Virus record (IMG/VR): IMGVR_UViG_3300046523_000171
Span: 1,187 to 65,186 of that record
Length of the DNA: 64,000 nt
DNA from: a virus
Taxonomy: Duplodnaviria; Caudoviricetes
Strand: one strand, 5' to 3'
In this document: positions 27,732 through 35,439 of the stretch, one piece after another
How the letters are laid out: each line of letters begins with the position of its first letter
Numbering within the stretch: position 1 is the first letter of the stretch
Made by a program: the position numbers and the translations under genes
Notes under the pieces: generated by a model
The model's input: the letters and a program-made list of their open reading frames with translations, nothing else
Database searches by the model: none
Told to the model about the DNA's origin: nothing

Positions 27732-28066
27732 GGCGCGTGCCGTTACAGATCACGATGTCGCCGCACGGCGATGGTGAGCCGGACATCGTGATCGCCTGCA
27801 ATGACGGGACCATGTGGATGCTCGGTCACGGCGGCCAATGGGTCGAACTGCCCGGCGTGCCGCAGGACGAATCGAACGACCCGCTGGCGAAGCTGTATGC
27901 TCGCAACGTCGATCTGCAAGAAAGCCTGCGCACCGCCGAAAGCAAGCTGCATCGCCTGGGCGACCTGGCCTGCACCCTCACCGCGAACAACGGCAAGGGC
28001 CAGTGGTCAGAAGCGCATCGCAAGATCGGTGAGGCGCTGGCTGAAATGCTGGGCATCGAGATCTAA
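27728..28066 (+). CDS. Hypothetical protein
   Basis: IVIACNDGTMW...WVELPGVPQ plus coiled coil. Confidence 0.65.
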   Translation: MRRVPLQITMSPHGDGEPDIVIACNDGTMWMLGHGGQWVELPGVPQDESNDPLAKLYARNVDLQESLRTAESKLHRLGDLACTLTANNGKGQWSEAHRKIGEALAEMLGIEI

Positions 28067-28093
28067 CGCATCACATCGAAGGGATCAACAAGC

Positions 28094-28777
28094 ATGCTCG
28101 TAAAGAAGCAAGCCCTGAACTACGATTCGCCGCAGTCGCAGGAGACGATCAAGCGCGTCGTCGCCTATCTGCTGGGCCGCCCGATACACGGCGCGACGCA
28201 GCAGCAGGTGGCCGACATGCTCGGTGTAAGTCTGCAAACCGCGAACCGCTTCATACAGCACCTACTGTTGAAAAATGAGATCCACGAACACATCAAGGCG
28301 CAGGCGATGGGCCGGAACTCCCCGGCCTACTACAAAGCGGGGCCACCCGTCGTCACGCACTTCCCGAAACGTGGATATTCCGACCTGCCGCTGAACTTCT
28401 TCGGCGGCATTGAACGACGCAAAGTAAAGAGGACTTTTAACGTGAACATGATCGAAGCGAACAACCACGTCGCACAAGTTGAACAACCGCGCCAAGATAA
28501 GATGACGGACTGGTTCAAGGTGAGCGACGGCATCCAGCCGCCGATGCCCGGCCCCTGGCAATGCAAGATCGTCAGCGGCATGCTGGCGGCCAAGCCCGAC
28601 GAAGAAGCAGCGACGCACATGCGCTGGTACGACGGCGCGCGCTGGTCGTGGCCGCTGACGCACGAGCACACGCGGGAAGATGGATTCAAGAAGCCGGACG
28701 AATCCCAATTCCTGCCGGACGGCCTGCCCACGAACATCGCGTGGCGCGGACACACCGAAGATCAGGAACCGCTGTAA
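28094..28777 (+). CDS. wHTH regulator fused to an unknown C-terminal domain
   Basis: GATQQQVADMLGVSLQTANRFIQHLLLKNEI. Confidence 0.7.
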   Translation: MLVKKQALNYDSPQSQETIKRVVAYLLGRPIHGATQQQVADMLGVSLQTANRFIQHLLLKNEIHEHIKAQAMGRNSPAYYKAGPPVVTHFPKRGYSDLPLNFFGGIERRKVKRTFNVNMIEANNHVAQVEQPRQDKMTDWFKVSDGIQPPMPGPWQCKIVSGMLAAKPDEEAATHMRWYDGARWSWPLTHEHTREDGFKKPDESQFLPDGLPTNIAWRGHTEDQEPL

Positions 28778-28782
28778 AAAGA

Positions 28783-28811
28783 TTGGCAGGGATTTTCCCT
28801 GCCGTTATACT
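28783..28811 (+). promoter_or_regulatory. sigma70 promoter P5 with perfect 7-bp palindrome
   Basis: TTGGCA-gggattttccctgccgt-TATACT. Confidence 0.8.
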
Positions 28812-28849
28812 TTCAACCCGTACTACCTTCATCAACACCGGAAAGAGAC

Positions 28850-29353
28850 ATGACCAAACAACACGGAAACCGAGGCGTCAGCGTAAAGGGACTGGCGAAC
28901 ATCGGCGCACTGCTGAACCGCACCGACCTGCCGACCACCACGACCGCACCGAAGCGCGAGCGCCGCGACACGAACCAGATCTACCACCGCACGCGCGAGA
29001 AGATCCAGGCCGCAGTGAACGATCTGCCCGGCTCGCCCGACGTGATCCGCACCCGCATGCAGTTGATCGAGACTTACCTGCTGGCGGGCCTGCGCGACGC
29101 CTACAACGGCGGCCACGCCGATGCGCTCGACCAGAACAGCGCCGTCGAGAAGCTGCTGGAACAGCAGTACGACGCACGCACGAAGATGACCCTGCCCGCC
29201 GCCGTCGCGTGGATCATGGAAGGCCGTGGCCTGTCGTCGATGACCCTGGACCTGGCGCACCTGGCTACCGTGTTCGACCGCCAGAAGATCGACTTCGATG
29301 TGAGCGACGGCGAGATCATCACCTACCGCTTGACGCCCGCCGACGAGGTGTAA
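28850..29353 (+). CDS. Hypothetical protein
   Basis: 167 aa ORF following P5. Confidence 0.7.
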   Translation: MTKQHGNRGVSVKGLANIGALLNRTDLPTTTTAPKRERRDTNQIYHRTREKIQAAVNDLPGSPDVIRTRMQLIETYLLAGLRDAYNGGHADALDQNSAVEKLLEQQYDARTKMTLPAAVAWIMEGRGLSSMTLDLAHLATVFDRQKIDFDVSDGEIITYRLTPADEV

Positions 29354-29355
29354 TC

Positions 29356-29487
29356 ATGAAGCCGGAACTCGCCATACCCGCAGTCTTGATCGGCTGCTTC
29401 ATGGTCGGTGTTATCGGCCTTGCCCTGCTCGTCGATTACTATGTCGAGCGTCGTTTCCATTTCAGTGATGAAGAGGTCAAGCAGTGA
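29356..29487 (+). CDS. Small single-TM protein
   Basis: MKPELAIPAVLIGCFMVGVIGLALLVDYYVERR. Confidence 0.55.
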   Translation: MKPELAIPAVLIGCFMVGVIGLALLVDYYVERRFHFSDEEVKQ

Positions 29488-29645
29488 ACGTCATTGCCTG
29501 GATTATCGAACCGCTGGCGGCCGACAAGCCGCCGTACCTTACCCTGAACAAAGAAGTCGCGGACAAGCGCCGCAACAAGGGCGACATCGTGACCGAATAC
29601 GTCTCGAAGAAGCCCGTCCAAACCGAAGAGGATGATGAACTTTGA
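29484..29645 (+). CDS. 53-aa hypothetical protein ending TEEDDEL
   Basis: Manual translation from GTG; overlaps both neighbours by 4 nt; not in the ORF track. Confidence 0.6.
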   Translation: MNVIAWIIEPLAADKPPYLTLNKEVADKRRNKGDIVTEYVSKKPVQTEEDDEL

Positions 29646-30616
29646 AACACACGAAACTCATTAAGGCGTTCATACCGTTCGGCAGCAATGCCGTGCTGTT
29701 CGACTGGTGCGGGCGCGCCGCGAAGAACCCGACCAAGACGGCCGAGGCCATCGACCTGTTCATCGCCAAAGATCCGGCGTCGAACGAATGGACGAACCTG
29801 GGCCTGGCCGCGCCGCTGGAAGAAGGCAGCTATGTCCACGATCTCGAAGGCACCGCGCGCATGCTGAAGTTCGTGTTCAGCGAGCGCAAGCTGCCGTCGT
29901 CGGTGCGCGACGAGAAGGTGAACGAGCGTTACCGCGAACTGTCCGAGCGCGAAGGCCGCGCCCTGAACAAGAAGGAGTTCGCCCAACTGCGCGAGGACGT
30001 GGAAGCATCGCTGCTGCCGCAGGCGTTCATCACTCGCACCGTCGTGCCGGTGTTCGTGTTCAAGGACCGCCTGCTGGTCTGCACGTCGAGCGCAGCGAAG
30101 GCCGAGAAGATCCTGGGCCACCTCGTTCGCTTGACGCAGGCCCGCAAGCTGGATTGGGCGTTCAACGTCATCACCACCGAGACGACGCCCGGCCACCTGC
30201 TCGGCCAGGTCGCGCGCGAGGGCTTGCAGTACGTGGGCGACGACGAATCGGCCAAACTGGAAGCGGGCCTGGCCGCCGTGTTCAAGGGCGAGGACAAGCG
30301 CGCGATCCGCGTGAAGGACCGCGACCTGGCCGCCGACGAGATCCAGAAGGTCATCACCAGCGGCAGCTACTCGACGACCGAACTGGCGATGCAGTTGCGC
30401 GTGCTCGACGACGTGGTGGCCTCGTTCACCATGACCGACCAACTCGTGTTCAAGGGCGTCAAAATGTCCGACACGACGGTGGCCGGGATCGGTGCCGACG
30501 CTGACGATCTGCATGCGACCTACTGGCTGTTTGCGACCACGCTGAACTCGATCCTGTCGAACATCATCACCGCGCTCAATGAAGGCGAAGGCGATGCTGA
30601 CGACGAAGATCTCTAA
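29642..30616 (+). CDS. rdgC: Recombination-associated protein RdgC
   Basis: SERKLPSSVRDEKV...NKKEFAQLREDVEASLLPQAF signature. Confidence 0.88.
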   Translation: MKHTKLIKAFIPFGSNAVLFDWCGRAAKNPTKTAEAIDLFIAKDPASNEWTNLGLAAPLEEGSYVHDLEGTARMLKFVFSERKLPSSVRDEKVNERYRELSEREGRALNKKEFAQLREDVEASLLPQAFITRTVVPVFVFKDRLLVCTSSAAKAEKILGHLVRLTQARKLDWAFNVITTETTPGHLLGQVAREGLQYVGDDESAKLEAGLAAVFKGEDKRAIRVKDRDLAADEIQKVITSGSYSTTELAMQLRVLDDVVASFTMTDQLVFKGVKMSDTTVAGIGADADDLHATYWLFATTLNSILSNIITALNEGEGDADDEDL

Positions 30617-30632
30617 TCGAGGGAAGTCATTC

Positions 30633-30872
30633 ATGCCACGCGAGAAAACCGGCCAGCAGCAGATCAATGTGATCGTGAAGAAGTTCGTCGCCATGAAGCC
30701 GGGCGAGTCCTTCTTCATCGCGGATCTCGATGCGGATGATGTGGAATGGCTGCGTCGCCCGGCCGTCGCGGCAGGCTGCGGCATCACGATCCGCCGCGTC
30801 GAGCACGACGAGATCTATCTGCAAGCGGGCGTACGCATCTGGCGCGAAGAGGGCGCGTATGACGAACTCTGA
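30633..30872 (+). CDS. Small hypothetical protein (MKPGESFF...GVRIWR)
   Basis: 79 aa, phage-like codon use, ends AYDEL. Confidence 0.65.
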   Translation: MPREKTGQQQINVIVKKFVAMKPGESFFIADLDADDVEWLRRPAVAAGCGITIRRVEHDEIYLQAGVRIWREEGAYDEL

Positions 30873-31065
30873 TCCGCCGATCAGTAAGCGCGCATTTGAC
30901 GCCGCCGTGGAGCACGCCGTTCAGTACAAGGCGCTGTTCCACTCCATGCAGGAAAAGCTGCTCGAAGCGCAGGACGAAGTGGCCCGACGTGGCCGCATCA
31001 TTGAGCGCCAGCGCGGCGTCATCACCGATCTCGAAACGCGCCTCGGCGTCGATCAAGATCTGTAA
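30859..31065 (+). CDS. Small coiled-coil protein
   Basis: 68 aa with heptad pattern. Confidence 0.6.
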   Translation: MTNSDPPISKRAFDAAVEHAVQYKALFHSMQEKLLEAQDEVARRGRIIERQRGVITDLETRLGVDQDL

Positions 31066-31071
31066 AAACTG

Positions 31072-31101
31072 TTGACAGGGAAATTCCTTGTCGATTATTA
31101 T
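31072..31101 (+). promoter_or_regulatory. sigma70 promoter P6 with palindrome
   Basis: TTGACA-gggaaattccttgtcgat-TATTAT. Confidence 0.8.
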
Positions 31102-31150
31102 TCAACCCGTAGTACCGAACCACCTTTATCAACGTAACGTGAAAAACATC

Positions 31151-31627
31151 ATGGCAACCACCAACAAAACCGCATCGTCCAAGTCCGCAACCAAGACCGC
31201 CGCCAAGGCCGCAGCAACCGCCACCCCGCCAACCGTCGTCGCCAAGGGCAAGCGCGGCTTCGCGGCCCTCGCTGAAGGCGTGCCGGGCCTGCGTTCCGCC
31301 AAGCCGGTCGCCGCGACGAAGGCACCGGCCCGCAAGGCGAGCAAGGCCGAACTGAAGGTCGATGCGAAGAAGCCGTCGCGCAGCGCCGCCGCCAAGCGCG
31401 CCGAGCCGACCGGCGTGAAGGCCGGGAAGCCGGACATCGCCAAGAACCACACCACCGAGGACGGCCTGCCGCAGCACGAGGTCAAGAACCTGAAGGGTCT
31501 GCGCACGGTGATGGATCAGTACCCGAAGGCGACGCACTTCTCGACCGACATCAAGTTCGGCACGAGCATCGTCCACCTGCTGAACCTGCGTGGTCGCAAG
31601 TTGGCTGAAGTGAAGTTGGCGAAGTAA
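31151..31627 (+). CDS. Histone H1-like Lys/Ala-rich protein
   Basis: About 100-residue K/A/P-rich N-terminus plus small globular C-terminus; has its own promoter and terminator. Confidence 0.7.
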   Translation: MATTNKTASSKSATKTAAKAAATATPPTVVAKGKRGFAALAEGVPGLRSAKPVAATKAPARKASKAELKVDAKKPSRSAAAKRAEPTGVKAGKPDIAKNHTTEDGLPQHEVKNLKGLRTVMDQYPKATHFSTDIKFGTSIVHLLNLRGRKLAEVKLAK

Positions 31628-31637
31628 TCCCGATGAC

Positions 31638-31668
31638 CCGGCCGCCGCGCGCGGCCGGTTTGCTTTTT
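31638..31668 (+). terminator. Intrinsic terminator
   Basis: CCGGCCGC-cgcgc-GCGGCCGG followed by TTTGCTTTTT. Confidence 0.75.
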
Positions 31669-31680
31669 ACGGAAACAGAC

Positions 31681-32058
31681 ATGACTGAAAAAACGATTCG
31701 CGTGACGATCACGCGCGATGAAATGACCGGGCCGAAGAACAGCGGCAAGAACCTGTTCATCGCCGGGATCGCGGTAAAGGAACGCCTGTTCACCAGGGGC
31801 ATTCCGGTGACTGGTGTAGACGGCATCCTCATGGTGGAACGCGGCAAGCTGACCATCGAGCACGAGGATGGCCTGGACGGCGACGAGTGGCACTTCACGT
31901 TCGTCGGCGTGCCGGTGATGCCGGAAGTGCTGAAGGAAGTGTATGGCCGTGGCCGCCTGCGCCCGAGCCTGTCCGAACCGCTGGCCGTCATCGAAGCCCG
32001 ACTGCGCGACCAGGCAGTGAAGGTCGCCGCCAAGGCCGATGAGGACGACGAATTATGA
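31681..32058 (+). CDS. Hypothetical protein ending ADEDDEL
   Basis: 125 aa ORF. Confidence 0.7.
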   Translation: MTEKTIRVTITRDEMTGPKNSGKNLFIAGIAVKERLFTRGIPVTGVDGILMVERGKLTIEHEDGLDGDEWHFTFVGVPVMPEVLKEVYGRGRLRPSLSEPLAVIEARLRDQAVKVAAKADEDDEL

Positions 32059-32468
32059 TGCGCGATAAGATCTTCACGCTGTTCGACGCAGTGACCGGCG
32101 TGCCCGCGCAACTGCACTACCACGACGTATTCGCAATCGAGTGGCACGGCCACCACAAGCTGAACTTCGAGCGCGCCATCATCGGCTACAAGAGCGGCGC
32201 GCGCATGGAACTGTTCATGTCCAAAGAGGACGCGAACTCTGTGCGTAGCTGGATGCAGAACAACGGCGCAGTCCACACGATCTTGACGAGTGGGATTCCG
32301 CAGCCGGAAGTCGAACAGAAGCCAGCGCCACCGACGAACGCATACCCTGTGCCGGTTTTCGCAGAGAAGCGAGACTTCGGCCAGGACCGCAGGAAGGGAC
32401 CGGGAACCTACATCGGCAAGGATCGCCGCCAGGGCGACCGCAGATACCGTGGAGAAGAGAATGACTAG
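32055..32468 (+). CDS. Hypothetical protein with C-terminal DRR repeats
   Basis: GQDRRKGPGTYIGKDRRQGDRR. Confidence 0.7.
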   Translation: MMRDKIFTLFDAVTGVPAQLHYHDVFAIEWHGHHKLNFERAIIGYKSGARMELFMSKEDANSVRSWMQNNGAVHTILTSGIPQPEVEQKPAPPTNAYPVPVFAEKRDFGQDRRKGPGTYIGKDRRQGDRRYRGEEND

Positions 32469-32832
32469 GAACGAGGAAATGACGCGCGCAGCGGCCCGCC
32501 TGATCGGCCGCGACGTGACCGGATACGTGTGGAACGACAAGGCGCTCGGCCTGGAAGGGACTGTCGGCCTGCACGCGCAGCCGGACATCTTCGCGCCGAT
32601 GGCCGATCCGTGCGACGCCTTCATGGTCGAGGCCACGCTGCTCATGAACGTGAACTACCGCTTCAACGGCACCGACGTGCAGATCGCCGTGAACTCGTCG
32701 AAGAAGGACGCGGCGAAGGGCGCACTCTACATCGCCACGACCCCCATCGACGACAGCATTCGCCTGATCGGTGAACGCATGCGTGCCATCGTCGAATTCG
32801 CCTGGATGATCGCGGTATGCCAAGGGGCGTGA
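32461..32832 (+). CDS. Hypothetical protein (possible phage ABA-sandwich fold)
   Basis: FAPMADPCDAFMVEATLLMNV pattern. Confidence 0.55.
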   Translation: MTRNEEMTRAAARLIGRDVTGYVWNDKALGLEGTVGLHAQPDIFAPMADPCDAFMVEATLLMNVNYRFNGTDVQIAVNSSKKDAAKGALYIATTPIDDSIRLIGERMRAIVEFAWMIAVCQGA

Positions 32833-33125
32833 TGATGGCCGACACGAAGAAGCCGATGCGCGCGGTCGAATTGCCGCTCGAAACTGCGCTGTCGATCCTG
32901 AATGGTGTGCCGGTCCACACTGGCCGCGCAATGGGCGTGAAGATCGCTGGCGAAGATGTGATCGTGATCGCCCGCAACGTGTCGCAGTTGGACACGGTAT
33001 TCAATTACATCGAGGCGCACCTGCATGGCGGGCGCGTTCACTTGATGGACACGCTGCGCACCGACCGCTGCCCCGAGGTAGTGATCGGCCCGAGGGCGGG
33101 ATTCAATCTCGACGACGAACTGTAA
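32832..33125 (+). CDS. Hypothetical protein ending NLDDEL
   Basis: 97 aa ORF. Confidence 0.65.
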   Translation: MMADTKKPMRAVELPLETALSILNGVPVHTGRAMGVKIAGEDVIVIARNVSQLDTVFNYIEAHLHGGRVHLMDTLRTDRCPEVVIGPRAGFNLDDEL

Positions 33126-33176
33126 TACCCGGCAGCGGGGATCTGCTGCACTCCAAAACGGAAAAGGAAGAAGAAC

Positions 33177-33560
33177 ATGGCAACGACCGACCAAACCACC
33201 AAGCCCGCACGCAGCAAGCCGGGCGTCCGCAACCGCAAGGCCGCCGCCGCGAAAGCCGCAGCGACCCGCGCAGCGAACAAGGCCGCAGCACAGGGCAACG
33301 CCGACCAGGGCAACACGCCAGCAGCACCGGCCGCGAAGCCCGCAGCGCCAGCAGCACCGGCCATGCGTGATCTCGGCTCGTACGCGGTGATCGAGGAATC
33401 GAACGAGCGCGGCAAGATCATCGCCCGCGCCGAGTACCTGCACCACGGCGGCGTCGCGCAATACCTGCTGGCCTACACGCGCGCGGACGGCTGCTACGAT
33501 GAACGCTGGTTCGCCGCAGGCCAGCTTGTCGATTGGGCCGAGCGTCGCAAGGGGCGCTAA
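33177..33560 (+). CDS. K/A-rich N-terminus plus small beta-rich domain
   Basis: GKIIARAEY...YLLAYTRADG...ERWF. Confidence 0.7.
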   Translation: MATTDQTTKPARSKPGVRNRKAAAAKAAATRAANKAAAQGNADQGNTPAAPAAKPAAPAAPAMRDLGSYAVIEESNERGKIIARAEYLHHGGVAQYLLAYTRADGCYDERWFAAGQLVDWAERRKGR

Positions 33561-33565
33561 GACGT

Positions 33566-33600
33566 AAAAAAGCCCGGCGTGGATTTCTCCAAACCGGGCT
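33566..33600 (-). terminator. Terminator at convergence of early and late transcription
   Basis: AGCCCGG...CCGGGCT stem with an A run on its left (U tract on minus). Confidence 0.7.
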
Positions 33601-33657
33601 GAACGACCTTCTCTTTAACGGAGCGCCCATTCTACCAGGCGGCGCACCGAGATCCAA

Positions 33658-33786
33658 TCACCCCCTTTCCCCGAGTCCCATTTCCGCGACAGTCAGCTTC
33701 CAGGCTTCGATGCCCGCGACCGTCGCAACCATCCCGAAGAACATGGCGGCGCGCCAGGCGTCAACCAAAGATTCGTTCGTCCACAT
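33658..33786 (-). CDS. 42-aa hydrophobic peptide after spanins
   Basis: SD AGGAG; MWTNESLVDAWRAAMFFGMVATVAGIEAWKLTVAEMGLGERG. Confidence 0.5.
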   Translation of the reverse strand: MWTNESLVDAWRAAMFFGMVATVAGIEAWKLTVAEMGLGERG

Positions 33787-33828
33787 CGCGCTTCTCCTAT
33801 CCGTTGATCGTAGATTCAGGTTAGCGAT

Positions 33829-34080
33829 TCACCAACCGCACAGCTTGCGGCCAGTCAGGTTGTGCGCCAGGATCGCGCTCGCCGTTTGATCTGTGATGGT
33901 GTCGTTCTTGCTCACGTAGATCGGCTTCGCGGTGGCGCAGAAGTCAGGTGCCGTCGCGGCGATTGCCTTTTGCACTGGTGTCGGTGGCGGCGGCGTCGGT
34001 GTCACCATCGCGCATCCAGTCACGGCGCAACTGGTCAGCAGCAGCACCAGCAGGCATTTTCTGTACTTCGACTTCAGCAT
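33829..34080 (-). CDS. o-spanin (Rz1-like lipoprotein)
   Basis: Signal peptide with lipobox (LLTSC or AVTGC), Pro-rich linker; overlaps the i-spanin in another frame. Confidence 0.8.
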   Translation of the reverse strand: MLKSKYRKCLLVLLLTSCAVTGCAMVTPTPPPPTPVQKAIAATAPDFCATAKPIYVSKNDTITDQTASAILAHNLTGRKLCGW

Positions 34081-34249
34081 CGTGTACCCCTTTCGAGCCT
34101 GCGGCAGCGCGCAGGGCTTCGTCATAGTTTCGCTTCGATTCGGCCGAGCGGCGAGCCGCACGACCACCCATCACGTACGCGCCGAACAGCACCAGCAGCA
34201 CGGCCAGCACGAGCAACGCTTTCGCCTTCAGCCATTCGACGATCATCAT
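33944..34249 (-). CDS. i-spanin (Rz-like)
   Basis: N-terminal TM plus helical domain, directly after the endolysin. Confidence 0.75.
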   Translation of the reverse strand: MMIVEWLKAKALLVLAVLLVLFGAYVMGGRAARRSAESKRNYDEALRAAAGSKGVHDAEVEVQKMPAGAAADQLRRDWMRDGDTDAAATDTSAKGNRRDGT

Positions 34250-34950
34250 GCGACCACCCCGGCCTGGTGCTTCTTCACCTGCGCGTACGCCATGAACACG
34301 GCGACGCCGATGGTCATCACTGCGAACGCAATGCGCACGTAGCTGCCGGACGACAGGTGATCCTGCTGGCTGTCGATGGCGGTCATCACCTGCGGCATCA
34401 CGTCGGCCAGTTGCGCGATGCCGAGCGTTGCGGTGCCGCTGGCGGCCACGGTTTCCTTCGTCACCGGGACAGCCGCGACCACCGGGGCCGGGCGCGTCAC
34501 ACCGGCACGCAGCAGCGCAGTGTCGATCACTTCGCGGGCGTACCAAGTATTCGGCGTCGCCTTCGGGCCGATGCCGTTCTCGTGGCGAACGATGGCTTCG
34601 ACGATGGGGCACAGGTGCGCGTAGGTGTGCAGGTCGAGCGCCTGGTCAGGCTTCACGCCGACCGCGTTGGCGACGGCGGTGACGTAGGCGATGGTGTCGT
34701 TCTCGTTGGACGGTGCCCAGCGGTTGATGAGGCCGCGAATGGTGTTGATGCCGTACTTGTCCTGATAGTTGATGAGGACGACGGCCATCGCGCGAACGCC
34801 CCAGGTGGCGTCCTTGAATTCGCAGAAGCGCGGATCTTTGCGCTCGGCGTCGAGCACGAGTCCCTGCCACTTCGTACGCACGTTGTAGTCGATGTTGCCG
34901 GGATTGTTGTTGCGGATGCCGCGTGGGATTGCGGGTACTTTGTCGGCCAT
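34246..34950 (-). CDS. Endolysin (RGIRNNNPGN lysozyme-like family) with C-terminal membrane anchor
   Basis: RGIRNNNPGNI, RWAPSNENDT, IVRHENG; C-terminal hydrophobic IAFAVMTIGVAVFMAY. Confidence 0.8.
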   Translation of the reverse strand: MADKVPAIPRGIRNNNPGNIDYNVRTKWQGLVLDAERKDPRFCEFKDATWGVRAMAVVLINYQDKYGINTIRGLINRWAPSNENDTIAYVTAVANAVGVKPDQALDLHTYAHLCPIVEAIVRHENGIGPKATPNTWYAREVIDTALLRAGVTRPAPVVAAVPVTKETVAASGTATLGIAQLADVMPQVMTAIDSQQDHLSSGSYVRIAFAVMTIGVAVFMAYAQVKKHQAGVVA

Positions 34951-34952
34951 GA

Positions 34953-35363
34953 TTAGCGGCTCCATTCACGAAGTTGGCGTTGCGGTTGCGGCTGACCACC
35001 GAACACGAGGCGATCCAGTTGCGCCTTGATCTCGCCAAGCTGCTCCTTCACGTCCGTGCGCAGCCGGTCGTTCGATGCGCCCTGTTCGACCTTGATCGCG
35101 GTCAACGAGCTTTCGGCCTTCTCGACGCGCGTGGTGAGATTCGCCACCGCATAGTCGGTCGCCATCTGGCGTTTATCGAGGTTGTAGTACAGACCGACGC
35201 CAGTTGCCGACGTACTCACGATGAGCACGAGGATCGAGATCATGGTCGGAATGTTGATGGAAAGGTCTACGCCAATCTTCGGCGTGCGACGCTCGGGGCC
35301 AGTGTAATTGCGGCGGTCGCCGCCTGGCTGTTGTTGCTGGTTTGAGGACGATCCCTGTTGCAT
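34953..35363 (-). CDS. Holin/antiholin-like single-TM coiled-coil protein
   Basis: One TM segment (IPTMISILVLIVSTSATGVGLYY); first gene of the lysis cassette. Confidence 0.55.
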   Translation of the reverse strand: MQQGSSSNQQQQPGGDRRNYTGPERRTPKIGVDLSINIPTMISILVLIVSTSATGVGLYYNLDKRQMATDYAVANLTTRVEKAESSLTAIKVEQGASNDRLRTDVKEQLGEIKAQLDRLVFGGQPQPQRQLREWSR

Positions 35364-35404
35364 GTTTGTCTCTCTTGTGAAGAGGTGTCGTTGATAAAAG
35401 TTGA

Positions 35405-35427
35405 GCCGAGGAAATTATAACCTCGGC
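35405..35427 (-). terminator. Hairpin between tail and lysis modules
   Basis: GCCGAGG-aaattataa-CCTCGGC. Confidence 0.5.
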
Positions 35428-35439
35428 CCAACTTGTGAC

